Assembly: GCA_963764595.1 (NCBI GenBank)
Contig: CAVXTG010000006.1
Location: forward strand, 71,168-135,167
DNA length: 64,000 nucleotides
Direction: 5' to 3'
Source of the DNA: an uncultured Actinomycetes bacterium
Lineage (GTDB): Bacteria; Actinomycetota; Thermoleophilia; Gaiellales; Gaiellaceae
Shown here: in pieces, positions 20,455 through 29,906 of the stretch
How positions within the stretch are numbered: the stretch's first letter is position 1
Layout: each line of letters opens with the position of its first letter
Position numbers and translations under genes: made by a program
Notes under the pieces: generated by a model
Databases searched by the model: none
The model's input: only the letters and a program-made list of their open reading frames with translations
What the model was told of the DNA's origin: nothing

Positions 20455-21011
20455 CGGAGACCCAGGTGGAGCAGGGCGTCGCCGAGATCCTGATCGAGGA
20501 GGACGCGCTGCGCGAGCGCGTCGCCGAGCTGGGAGCCGAGATCTCCGCCGACTACGCCGGGAGGGATCTGCTGCTGATCGGGGTGCTCAAGGGAGCGGTC
20601 TTCTTCATGGCCGATCTGATGCGCGCGATCGACGTCCACTGCGAGGTCGATTTCATGGCGATCTCGAGCTACGGCGCCGCGACCGACTCATCCGGCGTCG
20701 TCCGGATCCTGAAGGACCTCGACACCAGCATCGAGGGCCGTAACGTCCTCGTCGTGGAGGACATCATCGACTCGGGCCTAACGCTCTCGTACCTGATGCG
20801 CAACCTGAAAGCCCGGAATCCGGCGTCGCTCGAGGTCTGCGCGCTGCTGACGAAGCCGGATCGCCGCGAGATCGACGTGCCGGTCCGGTACATCGGTTTC
20901 GACATTCCGAACCGCTTCGTCGTCGGCTACGGGCTCGACTTCGCGGAGCGCTATCGCAACCTGCCGTACGTCGGCGTTCTCGCCGACGACGCTACGGCCG
21001 AGACGCGTTGA
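20451..21011 (+). CDS. hpt: Hypoxanthine phosphoribosyltransferase
   Basis: 186 aa. Contains LLIGVLKGAVFFMADL and VLVVEDIIDSGLTL (PRPP loop). ATGA overlap with tilS. Confidence 0.92.
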   Translation: MTETQVEQGVAEILIEEDALRERVAELGAEISADYAGRDLLLIGVLKGAVFFMADLMRAIDVHCEVDFMAISSYGAATDSSGVVRILKDLDTSIEGRNVLVVEDIIDSGLTLSYLMRNLKARNPASLEVCALLTKPDRREIDVPVRYIGFDIPNRFVVGYGLDFAERYRNLPYVGVLADDATAETR

Positions 21012-21071
21012 ATCACCCCATTTGGGGCGGGTTCCACCGACAATGACACTGCTACCCTGCGCCAACCGGCC

Positions 21072-23039
<1,968 letters not shown>

Positions 23040-23061
23040 GTCGTCTCTAGGAGCCGTTCCG

Positions 23062-23087
23062 GCGGAACCGGCAAAGCCCGGTTCCGC
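23062..23087 (+). terminator. GC-rich hairpin downstream of ftsH (no U-tract)
   Basis: A 9-10 bp stem, GCGGAACCGG / CCGGTTCCGC, around the loop CAAAGC, 23 nt after the ftsH stop. Confidence 0.4.
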
Positions 23088-23138
23088 GGCGGATCGTCGG
23101 AACCTCTTGGGCTCGGGCGGAGTAATAGCTTCATCGAT

Positions 23139-23726
23139 ATGGGACGTTCGGCACTTGCCCTTTTCGCCGTTGTTGCCACGGCTCTATTCGCTGCGCTTCC
23201 CGCGGCCGGCAAAGAGGGGGCCGAGGCAACCCTGACGACGAGCATTCCCCTTGATGCTCCGGAAGGCACTCGGCTTAGGGTCGCCTGGACGCTCGCGTCC
23301 ATCGATGAGGATCGCCGTCAGCGACCGTTTGGTGCTGGCGGCATCTTCGTGCGGCTTCTGAGTGCAACAGGCGCGAGCGCAGAAACGGGATACGCAAGTG
23401 GGGACCGAGGCCTCTACTCGGCGGATGTAGTGGTTCCGAAGGGCGGCATCGGGGACGTCGTGGTCGGTCTCATGGGGTGGCGCCGCGACAAGACTGGCAC
23501 TCGACGGTCGGATGTGCTCTTTCCGATCACAGACGACCCCGTGCCTGGTGTTGCGCGGTTCGCCTCGGCCGCCTCAGGCAATCGTCTGCCGGAGCGGGCG
23601 GACGCTGCCTCGACCGCTTGGGTCATCCTCCTCGTTGCGGGCTCGTTGACGATACTCATCGTCCTCGTGGTCGCCCTCCTAACGCGGAGAAATGCCGCCG
23701 GCGCGAGGAGGTCTGCAATCGTCTGA
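23139..23726 (+). CDS. Hypothetical exported protein with C-terminal TM anchor (compositionally atypical)
   Basis: 195 aa. Signal peptide MGRSALALFAVVATALFAALPAAG and C-terminal TM segment AWVILLVAGSLTILIVLVVALL. There are many A/T-ending codons, unlike the neighbouring genes. Confidence 0.5.
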   Translation: MGRSALALFAVVATALFAALPAAGKEGAEATLTTSIPLDAPEGTRLRVAWTLASIDEDRRQRPFGAGGIFVRLLSATGASAETGYASGDRGLYSADVVVPKGGIGDVVVGLMGWRRDKTGTRRSDVLFPITDDPVPGVARFASAASGNRLPERADAASTAWVILLVAGSLTILIVLVVALLTRRNAAGARRSAIV

Positions 23727-23728
23727 GT

Positions 23729-24554
23729 GTGAGCGAGCGGCCGGCGATCGAGGAAAGGTTCCGGCGTCCTTCGGTGATGGGGGTCGTCAACGCGACGCCC
23801 GACTCGTTCTTCGACGGCGGGGTCAACTTCGGCGCCGACGATGCGATCGCGGCGGTGCGACGGATGGTCGCCGACGGGGCGGCGATCGTCGACGTCGGGA
23901 GGTGAATCGACTCGGCCGGGCGCGGAGCCCGTCAGCACCGACGAGGAGCTACGGCGAGTGCTGCCGGTGCTGGAGGCGGTCGCCGGCGAGCTTCCGGTCT
24001 CGATCGACACGGCGAAGGCCGAGGTCGCCCGCCGTGCCGTCGCTCTCGGGGCCGAGCTGGTGAACGACGTCACGGCGCTGCGCGGCGATCCCGAGATGGC
24101 CGAGGCGGTCGCAGAGTCCGGCGCGTACGTCTGCCTGATGCACATGCAGGGCGAGCCCCGGACGATGCAGTCCAACCCGACGTACAACGACGTCGTCTCG
24201 GAGGTGGCGGCGTTCCTCGAGGAGCGGCTGCGGTTCGCGGTATCGGCGGGGATCCCAGAAGAGCGGGTCTGCCTGGATCCAGGCATCGGCTTCGGGAAGA
24301 CGGTCGAGCACAACTTCGAGCTGATCCGGCGGCTCGGCGAGCTGACGGCGCTCGGACGGCCGCTCGTCGTCGGCTTCTCGCGGAAGAGCTCGCTCGGCAG
24401 GATCCTCGGCGATCCCGACGCGACGACCGGACCACTGTCCGCGAGCATCGCCGCCGCAGTCGCGGCCTACGAGCGGGGCGCGACGATCCTCCGGGTCCAC
24501 GACGTTCGCGAGCACGTCGAGGCGCTCGCCGCCGCGCAGGCGGTGGTCGGGTGA
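23729..24554 (+). CDS. folP: Dihydropteroate synthase, interrupted by a +1 frameshift in GGG 23897-23899
   Basis: Starts at the GTG at 23729 (or the ATG at 23777). Reads VMGVVNATPDSFFDGG...ADGAAIVDVG | GESTRPGAEPVS...SIDT...NDV...MHMQG...DPGIGFGK...SRKS. The two track ORFs (23477-23905 and 23841-24554) join if one G is removed. Confidence 0.88.
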
Positions 24555-24904
24555 CGCTGACCGTCGAGCTCGTCGGCCTGGAGGTCTTCGGGCGGCACGG
24601 CGTCGACGACGACGAGCGAGAGCAGGGGCGCGTCTTCCTCTACGACATCGCCCTCGAGGTGCCGCAGCCGGCCTCTGACCGGCTCGAGGCAACGGTCGAC
24701 TATCGGGCGGTCGCCGGCTGCGTCCGCGACGTTTCCGAGGCCAGCGAGTACCGGCTGCTGGAGACGCTGGCGGCGGCGGTCGCGGACGAGCTCGCGAGCC
24801 GCTTCCCGGTCGAGCGGGTTCGGGTGCGAGTCCGCAAGCCGGGCATCAGCCCGGCCGGGCTCACCGTCGAGTATTCGGCTGCGACGGCAGAGCGCGGGCG
24901 ATGA
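24551..24904 (+). CDS. folB: Dihydroneopterin aldolase
   Basis: 117 aa. Contains VELVGLEVFGRHGVDDDEREQGRVFLYDIAL...TVDYRAV. GTGA overlap with folP. Confidence 0.85.
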   Translation: MTLTVELVGLEVFGRHGVDDDEREQGRVFLYDIALEVPQPASDRLEATVDYRAVAGCVRDVSEASEYRLLETLAAAVADELASRFPVERVRVRVRKPGISPAGLTVEYSAATAERGR

Positions 24905-26477
24905 TGCCGAGCGAGTAGGCCGCCGAGCGGACACTTCGCGCCGGGAACGCGTCGAGGTATGCGTAATACCCACGGTCCGTCCGGTTCTCGACCCGGAGGA
25001 TCTCTGGTTGCCTGCCCGGACGAGCGCTCGAGGTCTCCAGGTCTCGTCGGCGCGCGGCGCCTCGTTCGAAGACGTTCGCCGTCCCCGGAGACCAGACGGC
25101 GGCGTCGACATTCGCGGTCGGCCGGATCGTCATCGAGACCTCGCGGCGGCTCGGGATCCACACGCGATAGACGTCGTGCGGATCCTCGCTCGCGTGGAGC
25201 CTGGCCTGATAGGTCGCGCGTCGGCGGCCGGGCGTGGTCACCGGCCGTGCTGCTGCCTGGAAGATCCCCCGTGCCTTGACGTGGTCGATGTCGTCGTTCG
25301 GCTCCAGCGGGTCGATCGGCGGCGCGGCGCGGGTCAGCGCAGCAGGAATGTCGAGGACGCCGTGGCCCGTTCGCACATCCGGCCCGCGCGCATCGACGTC
25401 CCGGGCCGAGAGCCGCATCAGGTCGAAGATCTGCGTCTTCTCGAGCGTGCCCCGCGCAGTCCAGACCCAGGCGGTGGCCGCGGCGACCTGAGGAGCGGCG
25501 AAGCTCGTCCCGTTCCCCGTGCTGTACAAGGCCGGATTCGTCGGGTGCTGCCAGGGGATCAGCTCTCCCGGGGCGGCGAGGTCGACTGCCGGGCTCGTGC
25601 TCGAGAAGATGGACGGCCGGTCAACCTGGTTCGTAGAGCCGACGGTCAGGACGTGCGGGAAGCCGGCCGGGTAGATCCGCGGGTTGTCCAGCAGGCGCTC
25701 GTTCCCCGCCGCCGCGACGATGATCGACCCCCTGCCGAAGGCGTTGACCGTCGCCTCGTAGATCGAGCGGGACGGCTCGTCGCCGCCGATGCTGAGGTTG
25801 ATCACGCTGCGGCCGGCCGCGAGCGAGCGGCTGATGCCCTGGACGATCGCCGACTCGGAGAGGAAGTCCAGGTCGTACGAGCGCAAGACCGCCTGGGGGT
25901 AGATGCCGACCGCGCCTCGGGTATCCGTCGGGGCCGCGGCCGTCGAGGTGACGATCGTCCCGTGGTAGCCGTCGGCGGTCGGCTCGACGTGTTGCGGGTT
26001 GAGGAGCACGGTGTTCGGGCGAGCCGCGAACTCCATGTGCGCCATGTCGAGCCCCGAGTCGATGATCGTGATCGGCAGGCCCGGGCCTGGCGGCTCGACT
26101 CGGTCGGCGCCGACCCGGTAGTGGTGCCAGCCGATCGTCGGTGCCGCGAGCGGGTCGGTCAGGTGGCTGTGCCGGAACACCGGTCCGTCCTCCTCCACGA
26201 AGCGGAGAGCTCCGGATCGCCGAAGCTCCGGGATCAGGCGGATCGCTGCGGCGCTCGGCAGGCGCCAGATGTGGAGCTCCGGCGAGACGATCGTCCCACC
26301 CCGGTCGGCGACGAGTCGCTCCGCGGCCGGGTCGGCCTCGAGCCCGAGCAGCGAGTAGCGGTAGTCGGCGAGCTCGGCGAGCGCTCGGTCGTTGGGGATC
26401 GTCGCAACCGGGGCCGCCTGCGCCGGGCTTGGCGCAGCGAACACGAGCAACGCCAAGATGACCCCGAGCCGGCGCAC
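24861..26477 (-). CDS. Secreted S8-family serine peptidase (subtilase)
   Basis: 538 aa. Signal peptide MRRLGVILALLVFAAPSPAQA. Catalytic triad contexts ITIIDSGLD (Asp), YHGTIVTS (His) and GTSFAAPQVAAATAW (Ser). Confidence 0.85.
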   Translation of the reverse strand: MRRLGVILALLVFAAPSPAQAAPVATIPNDRALAELADYRYSLLGLEADPAAERLVADRGGTIVSPELHIWRLPSAAAIRLIPELRRSGALRFVEEDGPVFRHSHLTDPLAAPTIGWHHYRVGADRVEPPGPGLPITIIDSGLDMAHMEFAARPNTVLLNPQHVEPTADGYHGTIVTSTAAAPTDTRGAVGIYPQAVLRSYDLDFLSESAIVQGISRSLAAGRSVINLSIGGDEPSRSIYEATVNAFGRGSIIVAAAGNERLLDNPRIYPAGFPHVLTVGSTNQVDRPSIFSSTSPAVDLAAPGELIPWQHPTNPALYSTGNGTSFAAPQVAAATAWVWTARGTLEKTQIFDLMRLSARDVDARGPDVRTGHGVLDIPAALTRAAPPIDPLEPNDDIDHVKARGIFQAAARPVTTPGRRRATYQARLHASEDPHDVYRVWIPSRREVSMTIRPTANVDAAVWSPGTANVFERGAARRRDLETSSARPGRQPEILRVENRTDRGYYAYLDAFPARSVRSAAYSLGIIARALPSQPNTRR

Positions 26478-26497
26478 CGCGCAAGACTAGCGGCGCG

Positions 26498-26956
26498 ATG
26501 CCGCGCGTTTGTATCGGGCTAGGGGCGAATCTCGGGGATCGCGAGGCGACGATCCGCACCGCGCTCGAGCTGCTCGAGGCGGGAGGCGACATGGAGATCG
26601 CAGCGGTTTCGTCGCTCAGGGAGACCGATCCGGTCGGCTATGAGGACCAGCCGAAGTTTCTGAACGGCGCGGCGGTGCTTCACACCGAGCTCTCTCCCCG
26701 CGAGTTGCTGGAACGGCTTCAGGAGGTCGAAAACCGCCTCGGCCGCGACCGAAAGGGGCCTCGTTACGGACCCCGTACGATCGACCTCGATCTGCTGCTC
26801 TACGGGTCTGAAGAGATCGACGAGCCGGGCCTCCAGATCCCGCATCCGCGGCTGGCCGAGCGGCGATTCGTCCTCGAGCCGCTGGCCGAGCTGGATCCCG
26901 GCCTGGAGGTGCCCGGACGGGGGTCGGTTCGAGCCCTACTCGCGGGGCTAGAATGA
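26498..26956 (+). CDS. folK: 2-amino-4-hydroxy-6-hydroxymethyldihydropteridine diphosphokinase
   Basis: 152 aa. Contains IGLGANLGDR, RTIDLDLLLYG, IPHPRLAERRFVLEPL. Confidence 0.9.
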   Translation: MPRVCIGLGANLGDREATIRTALELLEAGGDMEIAAVSSLRETDPVGYEDQPKFLNGAAVLHTELSPRELLERLQEVENRLGRDRKGPRYGPRTIDLDLLLYGSEEIDEPGLQIPHPRLAERRFVLEPLAELDPGLEVPGRGSVRALLAGLE

Positions 26957-26962
26957 ATCGCA

Positions 26963-27322
26963 ATGTCCCACCTCGACGAGCTCGACGAATTCGAGGCTGA
27001 GCTCGAGCTCCAGCTGAAGAAGGAATACACGGCCGTCTTCGGCCTGTTCCGGTACTGCGTCCTGACCCAGGACGCCACGTACCTGTGCAACACGCTCGAC
27101 CTCCGCTACGTCCCGCAGCCCAGCTACCCCTTCTTCCACCTTCGGATGGAGGACGTCTGGGTCTGGGACAAGAACCGCCCGACGCGGATGATCCCTCGGG
27201 CCGAGGTCTACACCTCGAGCGACGTGACGGTCGAGGAGCTGCGCGGCGAGGGCGAAGAGCCCAAGCTGACGGCCGAGGCGCTTGCCGACAAGCTCGGCGA
27301 GCCTCTCCGCGACGACGAATAA
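26963..27322 (+). CDS. DUF2469-family protein
   Basis: 119 aa. DELDEFEAELELQLKKEYTAVFGLFRYCVLT...YL.N...DVWVWDKNRPTR...DVTVEEL matches my recollection of the actinobacterial DUF2469 pattern (Rv2901c-like). GC3-rich. Confidence 0.7.
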   Translation: MSHLDELDEFEAELELQLKKEYTAVFGLFRYCVLTQDATYLCNTLDLRYVPQPSYPFFHLRMEDVWVWDKNRPTRMIPRAEVYTSSDVTVEELRGEGEEPKLTAEALADKLGEPLRDDE

Positions 27323-27332
27323 GTAGCTTCCT

Positions 27333-28082
27333 CTGCTGCTCGCGATCGACGTAGGAAATACCCAGACCGTCTTCGGTCTGTTCGAGGACGAGCGACTAGG
27401 AGACACACACCGAATCGCGACCGAGCCACGCCGGACGGGCGACGAGCTCGGCGTCCTCGTCACCGGGCTCGTCGACCTCGAGAAGGTCGACGGGGTCTGT
27501 CTCTCCTGTTCGGTCCCGTCGCTCGTCCGCTCCTACGAGGACTTCGCCACCCGCTGGGTCGGTGCTCGCATCCTCGTCGTCGGCCCTGGGGTGAAGACCG
27601 GCATCGAGATCCGCTACGACGACCCGAGGGAGGTCGGCCCAGACCGGATCGCGAACTCGGTCGGCGCCCGGGAACGATACGGCCCGCCGTGCATCGTCGT
27701 CGACTTCGGGACCTCGACGAACTTCGACATCGTCTCCCCGGAAGGAGAGTTCGTCGGCGGCGTGCTGGCACCCGGGGTCGAGGTCTCGATGGAGGCGCTC
27801 TTCGCCCGAGCCGCGCGCCTCTTCAGCGTCGACTTCACCGCTCCGCCGACGGTGATCGGCAAGACGACCGCCGCTGCGCTGCAATCCGGCCTCGTCTACG
27901 GCTTCGCGGGCCAGGTCGACGAGATCGTCGGGCGCATCCGTGGGGAGCTCGGTGTCGACGCGCGAGCAGTGGCGACCGGCGGGCTCGCCGACCTGATCGC
28001 GCCGCACTCGCGCGTGATCGAAACCGTCGACCCGTTCCTGACCCTCGAGGGCCTGCGCCTGATCTGGGGCCTGAACGCCTAA
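27333..28082 (+). CDS. coaX: Type III pantothenate kinase
   Basis: LLLAIDVGNTQTVFGLF...VVDFGTSTNFD...GVLAPG...ATGGLA. The N-terminus lies directly after an in-frame TAG (27324-27326) with only CTG codons (27333, 27336) available as a start. The track ORF begins far downstream at 27591. Confidence 0.85.
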   Translation: MLLAIDVGNTQTVFGLFEDERLGDTHRIATEPRRTGDELGVLVTGLVDLEKVDGVCLSCSVPSLVRSYEDFATRWVGARILVVGPGVKTGIEIRYDDPREVGPDRIANSVGARERYGPPCIVVDFGTSTNFDIVSPEGEFVGGVLAPGVEVSMEALFARAARLFSVDFTAPPTVIGKTTAAALQSGLVYGFAGQVDEIVGRIRGELGVDARAVATGGLADLIAPHSRVIETVDPFLTLEGLRLIWGLNA

Positions 28083-28157
28083 GCGGGCGTCTAGCCGCCG
28101 CCGTAGATCGAGATCGGCAGATCGAGCTCGACCTCGTCGAGGCGGGGATGTTCCCGC

Positions 28158-29150
28158 TCAAGGCGGGCAAGGACGAAGGCAGCGCCCGGCGCCGCTGCGA
28201 GCAGACGACTCCTCGACCTCCGCGAGCGTCGCGAGCTGGGTCAGCTCCTGCTTGAACGGTTTCGGGAAGCGCCCGCGGCCGAGATACCAGCCGTAGAACT
28301 TCTTCAGGAAGCTCGTCGCCCGTTGCTCACCCAGCTCGCGCGCGGTTTCGCGGATGAAGAGCACGAGCTCGGCGACGATCTCCTCGCGGGACGGCTCAGC
28401 ATCCGACACGCCGAGGATCTCCCGTACCGCCCACGGGTTGCCCTGCGCTGCGCGGCCGACCATGACCGCCTCGGCGCCGGTCGCCGCCAGCACCGTCTGC
28501 GCCCTGGCCTTGGAGGTGATGTCCCCGGAGGCGATCACCGGGACGTCCACGCGGTCGACGAGCTCGGCCGTCAGCGAGTGGTCGGCCAGGCCGGTGTACA
28601 TCTGCTTCGCCGAGCGCGGGTGGAGCGTGAGCGAGGCCGCGCCCGCCTCGACGAGGCGCGGGCCCAGGTCGAGGCAGGTGCGCGAGCCGTTCTCGAGGCC
28701 GCGCCGCATCTTCACGGTCACCGGGACGGAGACGGCTTCGGCGACAGCGCCGACAATTGCGGTCGCGCGGTCCGGCTCCTCGAGCAGCGTCGCGCCGGCG
28801 CCCGTCTTCGTCACTTTCTTGACCGGACAACCGAAGTTGATGTCGACAAGATCTGCACCGGCGGCCTCGACCATGCGGCCGGCCTCGGCCATCGTCGCCG
28901 GGTTGGAACCGAAGATCTGCACGGCGAGCGGATGCTCGTCGGCGGCGATCCGCAGATACCCGAGCGTGCGCTCGTTTCGATGCTCGAGCCCGGCGCAGCT
29001 GACCATTTCCGAGCAGACGAGCCCGGCGCCGAAACGGCGCCCCTGGCGTCGAAACGCCTGCACACTCACGCCTGCCATCGGCGCGAGCACGACGCGGGTC
29101 GGCACCCGGACCGGCCCGATGTGCCATTCCGAGAAGAGATTCACCTGCAC
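28158..29150 (-). CDS. dus: tRNA-dihydrouridine synthase
   Basis: 330 aa. Contains VVLAPMAGVSVQAFR, AVQIFGSNP, DINFGCPVKKV. Confidence 0.9.
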   Translation of the reverse strand: MQVNLFSEWHIGPVRVPTRVVLAPMAGVSVQAFRRQGRRFGAGLVCSEMVSCAGLEHRNERTLGYLRIAADEHPLAVQIFGSNPATMAEAGRMVEAAGADLVDINFGCPVKKVTKTGAGATLLEEPDRATAIVGAVAEAVSVPVTVKMRRGLENGSRTCLDLGPRLVEAGAASLTLHPRSAKQMYTGLADHSLTAELVDRVDVPVIASGDITSKARAQTVLAATGAEAVMVGRAAQGNPWAVREILGVSDAEPSREEIVAELVLFIRETARELGEQRATSFLKKFYGWYLGRGRFPKPFKQELTQLATLAEVEESSARSGAGRCLRPCPP

Positions 29151-29177
29151 AGAGCGCGAAATCCTAGCCCACGGGGT

Positions 29178-29206
29178 TTGACGCCATCCGATCGCGCAGG
29201 TACCAT
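29178..29206 (+). promoter_or_regulatory. Sigma-70-like promoter of greA (TTGACG-17-TACCAT)
   Basis: TTGACG at 29178-29183, a 17-nt spacer, and TACCAT at 29201-29206, in the dus/greA divergent region. Confidence 0.45.
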
Positions 29207-29214
29207 GCCGCCCC

Positions 29215-29247
29215 GCGACGGGCCAGTTCGGCCCGCGCTTTTTCTTT
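29215..29247 (+). terminator. Intrinsic-terminator-like hairpin plus T-tract inside the greA 5' leader (putative attenuator)
   Basis: GCG(A)CGGGCC - AGTTC - GGCCCGCGC forms a 9 bp stem with an A bulge (29215-29238). It is followed by TTTTTCTTT (29239-29247), then GAGGAGG and the GTG at 29270. Confidence 0.45.
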
Positions 29248-29269
29248 AGGCATCGAGGAGGGCCTCAAA

Positions 29270-29746
29270 GTGAAGGAAGTGATCCTCACCCCCGAGGGTT
29301 ACAAAAATCTGAAGGAAGAGATCGAGCACCTCTCGACCGAGAAGCGCCGTGAGATCGCGGACCGGATCCGGATCGCGCGCGAGTTCGGGGACATCACCGA
29401 GAACGCCGAGTACGACCACGCGAAGAACGAGCAGGCGATGCTGGAGCATCGGATCTCCCGCCTCCAGGAGCGCCTGATGGCTGCTCGTGTGATCGATAAG
29501 AAGGAGATCTCGAAGGACGTCGTCAGCGTCGGCTCGAAGGTTCGCCTGCGCGACGTTGCCGCGAAGGAGACTGTCGAATACCACATCGTCGGTTCGGCCG
29601 AGGCGAATCCCGCGGAGCAGAAGCTCTCGAACGAGTCGCCGGTCGGCCGCGCCATCCTGGGCCGGAAGAAGGGCGAGACCGTGTCGGTCACGACGCCCCG
29701 CGGCAAGGCCCTGAAGTACAAGATCCTCGAGATCAAAGCGGCTTAG
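29270..29746 (+). CDS. greA: Transcription elongation factor GreA
   Basis: 158 aa with a GTG start. Contains LTPEGYKNLKEEIEHL...REFGDITENAEYDHAKNEQAMLEHRI...VSVTTPRG. Confidence 0.93.
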   Translation: MKEVILTPEGYKNLKEEIEHLSTEKRREIADRIRIAREFGDITENAEYDHAKNEQAMLEHRISRLQERLMAARVIDKKEISKDVVSVGSKVRLRDVAAKETVEYHIVGSAEANPAEQKLSNESPVGRAILGRKKGETVSVTTPRGKALKYKILEIKAA

Positions 29747-29784
29747 CCTCTCGCCGACGCGCGGTTCGCGCCGCCGGTCGGCAC

Positions 29785-29906
29785 TAGACTCGCGCGCCAG
29801 CCCGCAGGGCTGCCCGCGAAGCGGGCCGTGGAAGGGGTCTGGGGAAACCGGGAGGTGTCCCCCGCTTGGATCGCGGTGCGGGCGACCTCAATAGACTCGC
29901 GCGCCA
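29785..29906 (+). repeat. lysS leader: exact 15-nt direct repeat (TAGACTCGCGCGCCA at 29785-29799 and 29892-29906) bracketing structured element copy B
   Basis: Both repeat copies were read directly, and the second copy ends on the A of the lysS ATG. Between them lie GCCCGCA...TGCGGGC outer arms (29800-06 / 29877-83), GCCCGC-GAA-GCGGGC (29812-29826) and GGGGAAACC-GGGA-GGTGTCCCC (29841-29862). Confidence 0.6.

Noticed and set aside
29841-29862. The GGGAAACCGGGAGG core looked superficially like part of a cobalamin riboswitch or an SRP/GNRA-loop motif.
   Set aside because: The surrounding B12-box and the other conserved riboswitch elements are absent, and no known motif could be matched by eye. 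I kept it only as an unclassified structured repeat.
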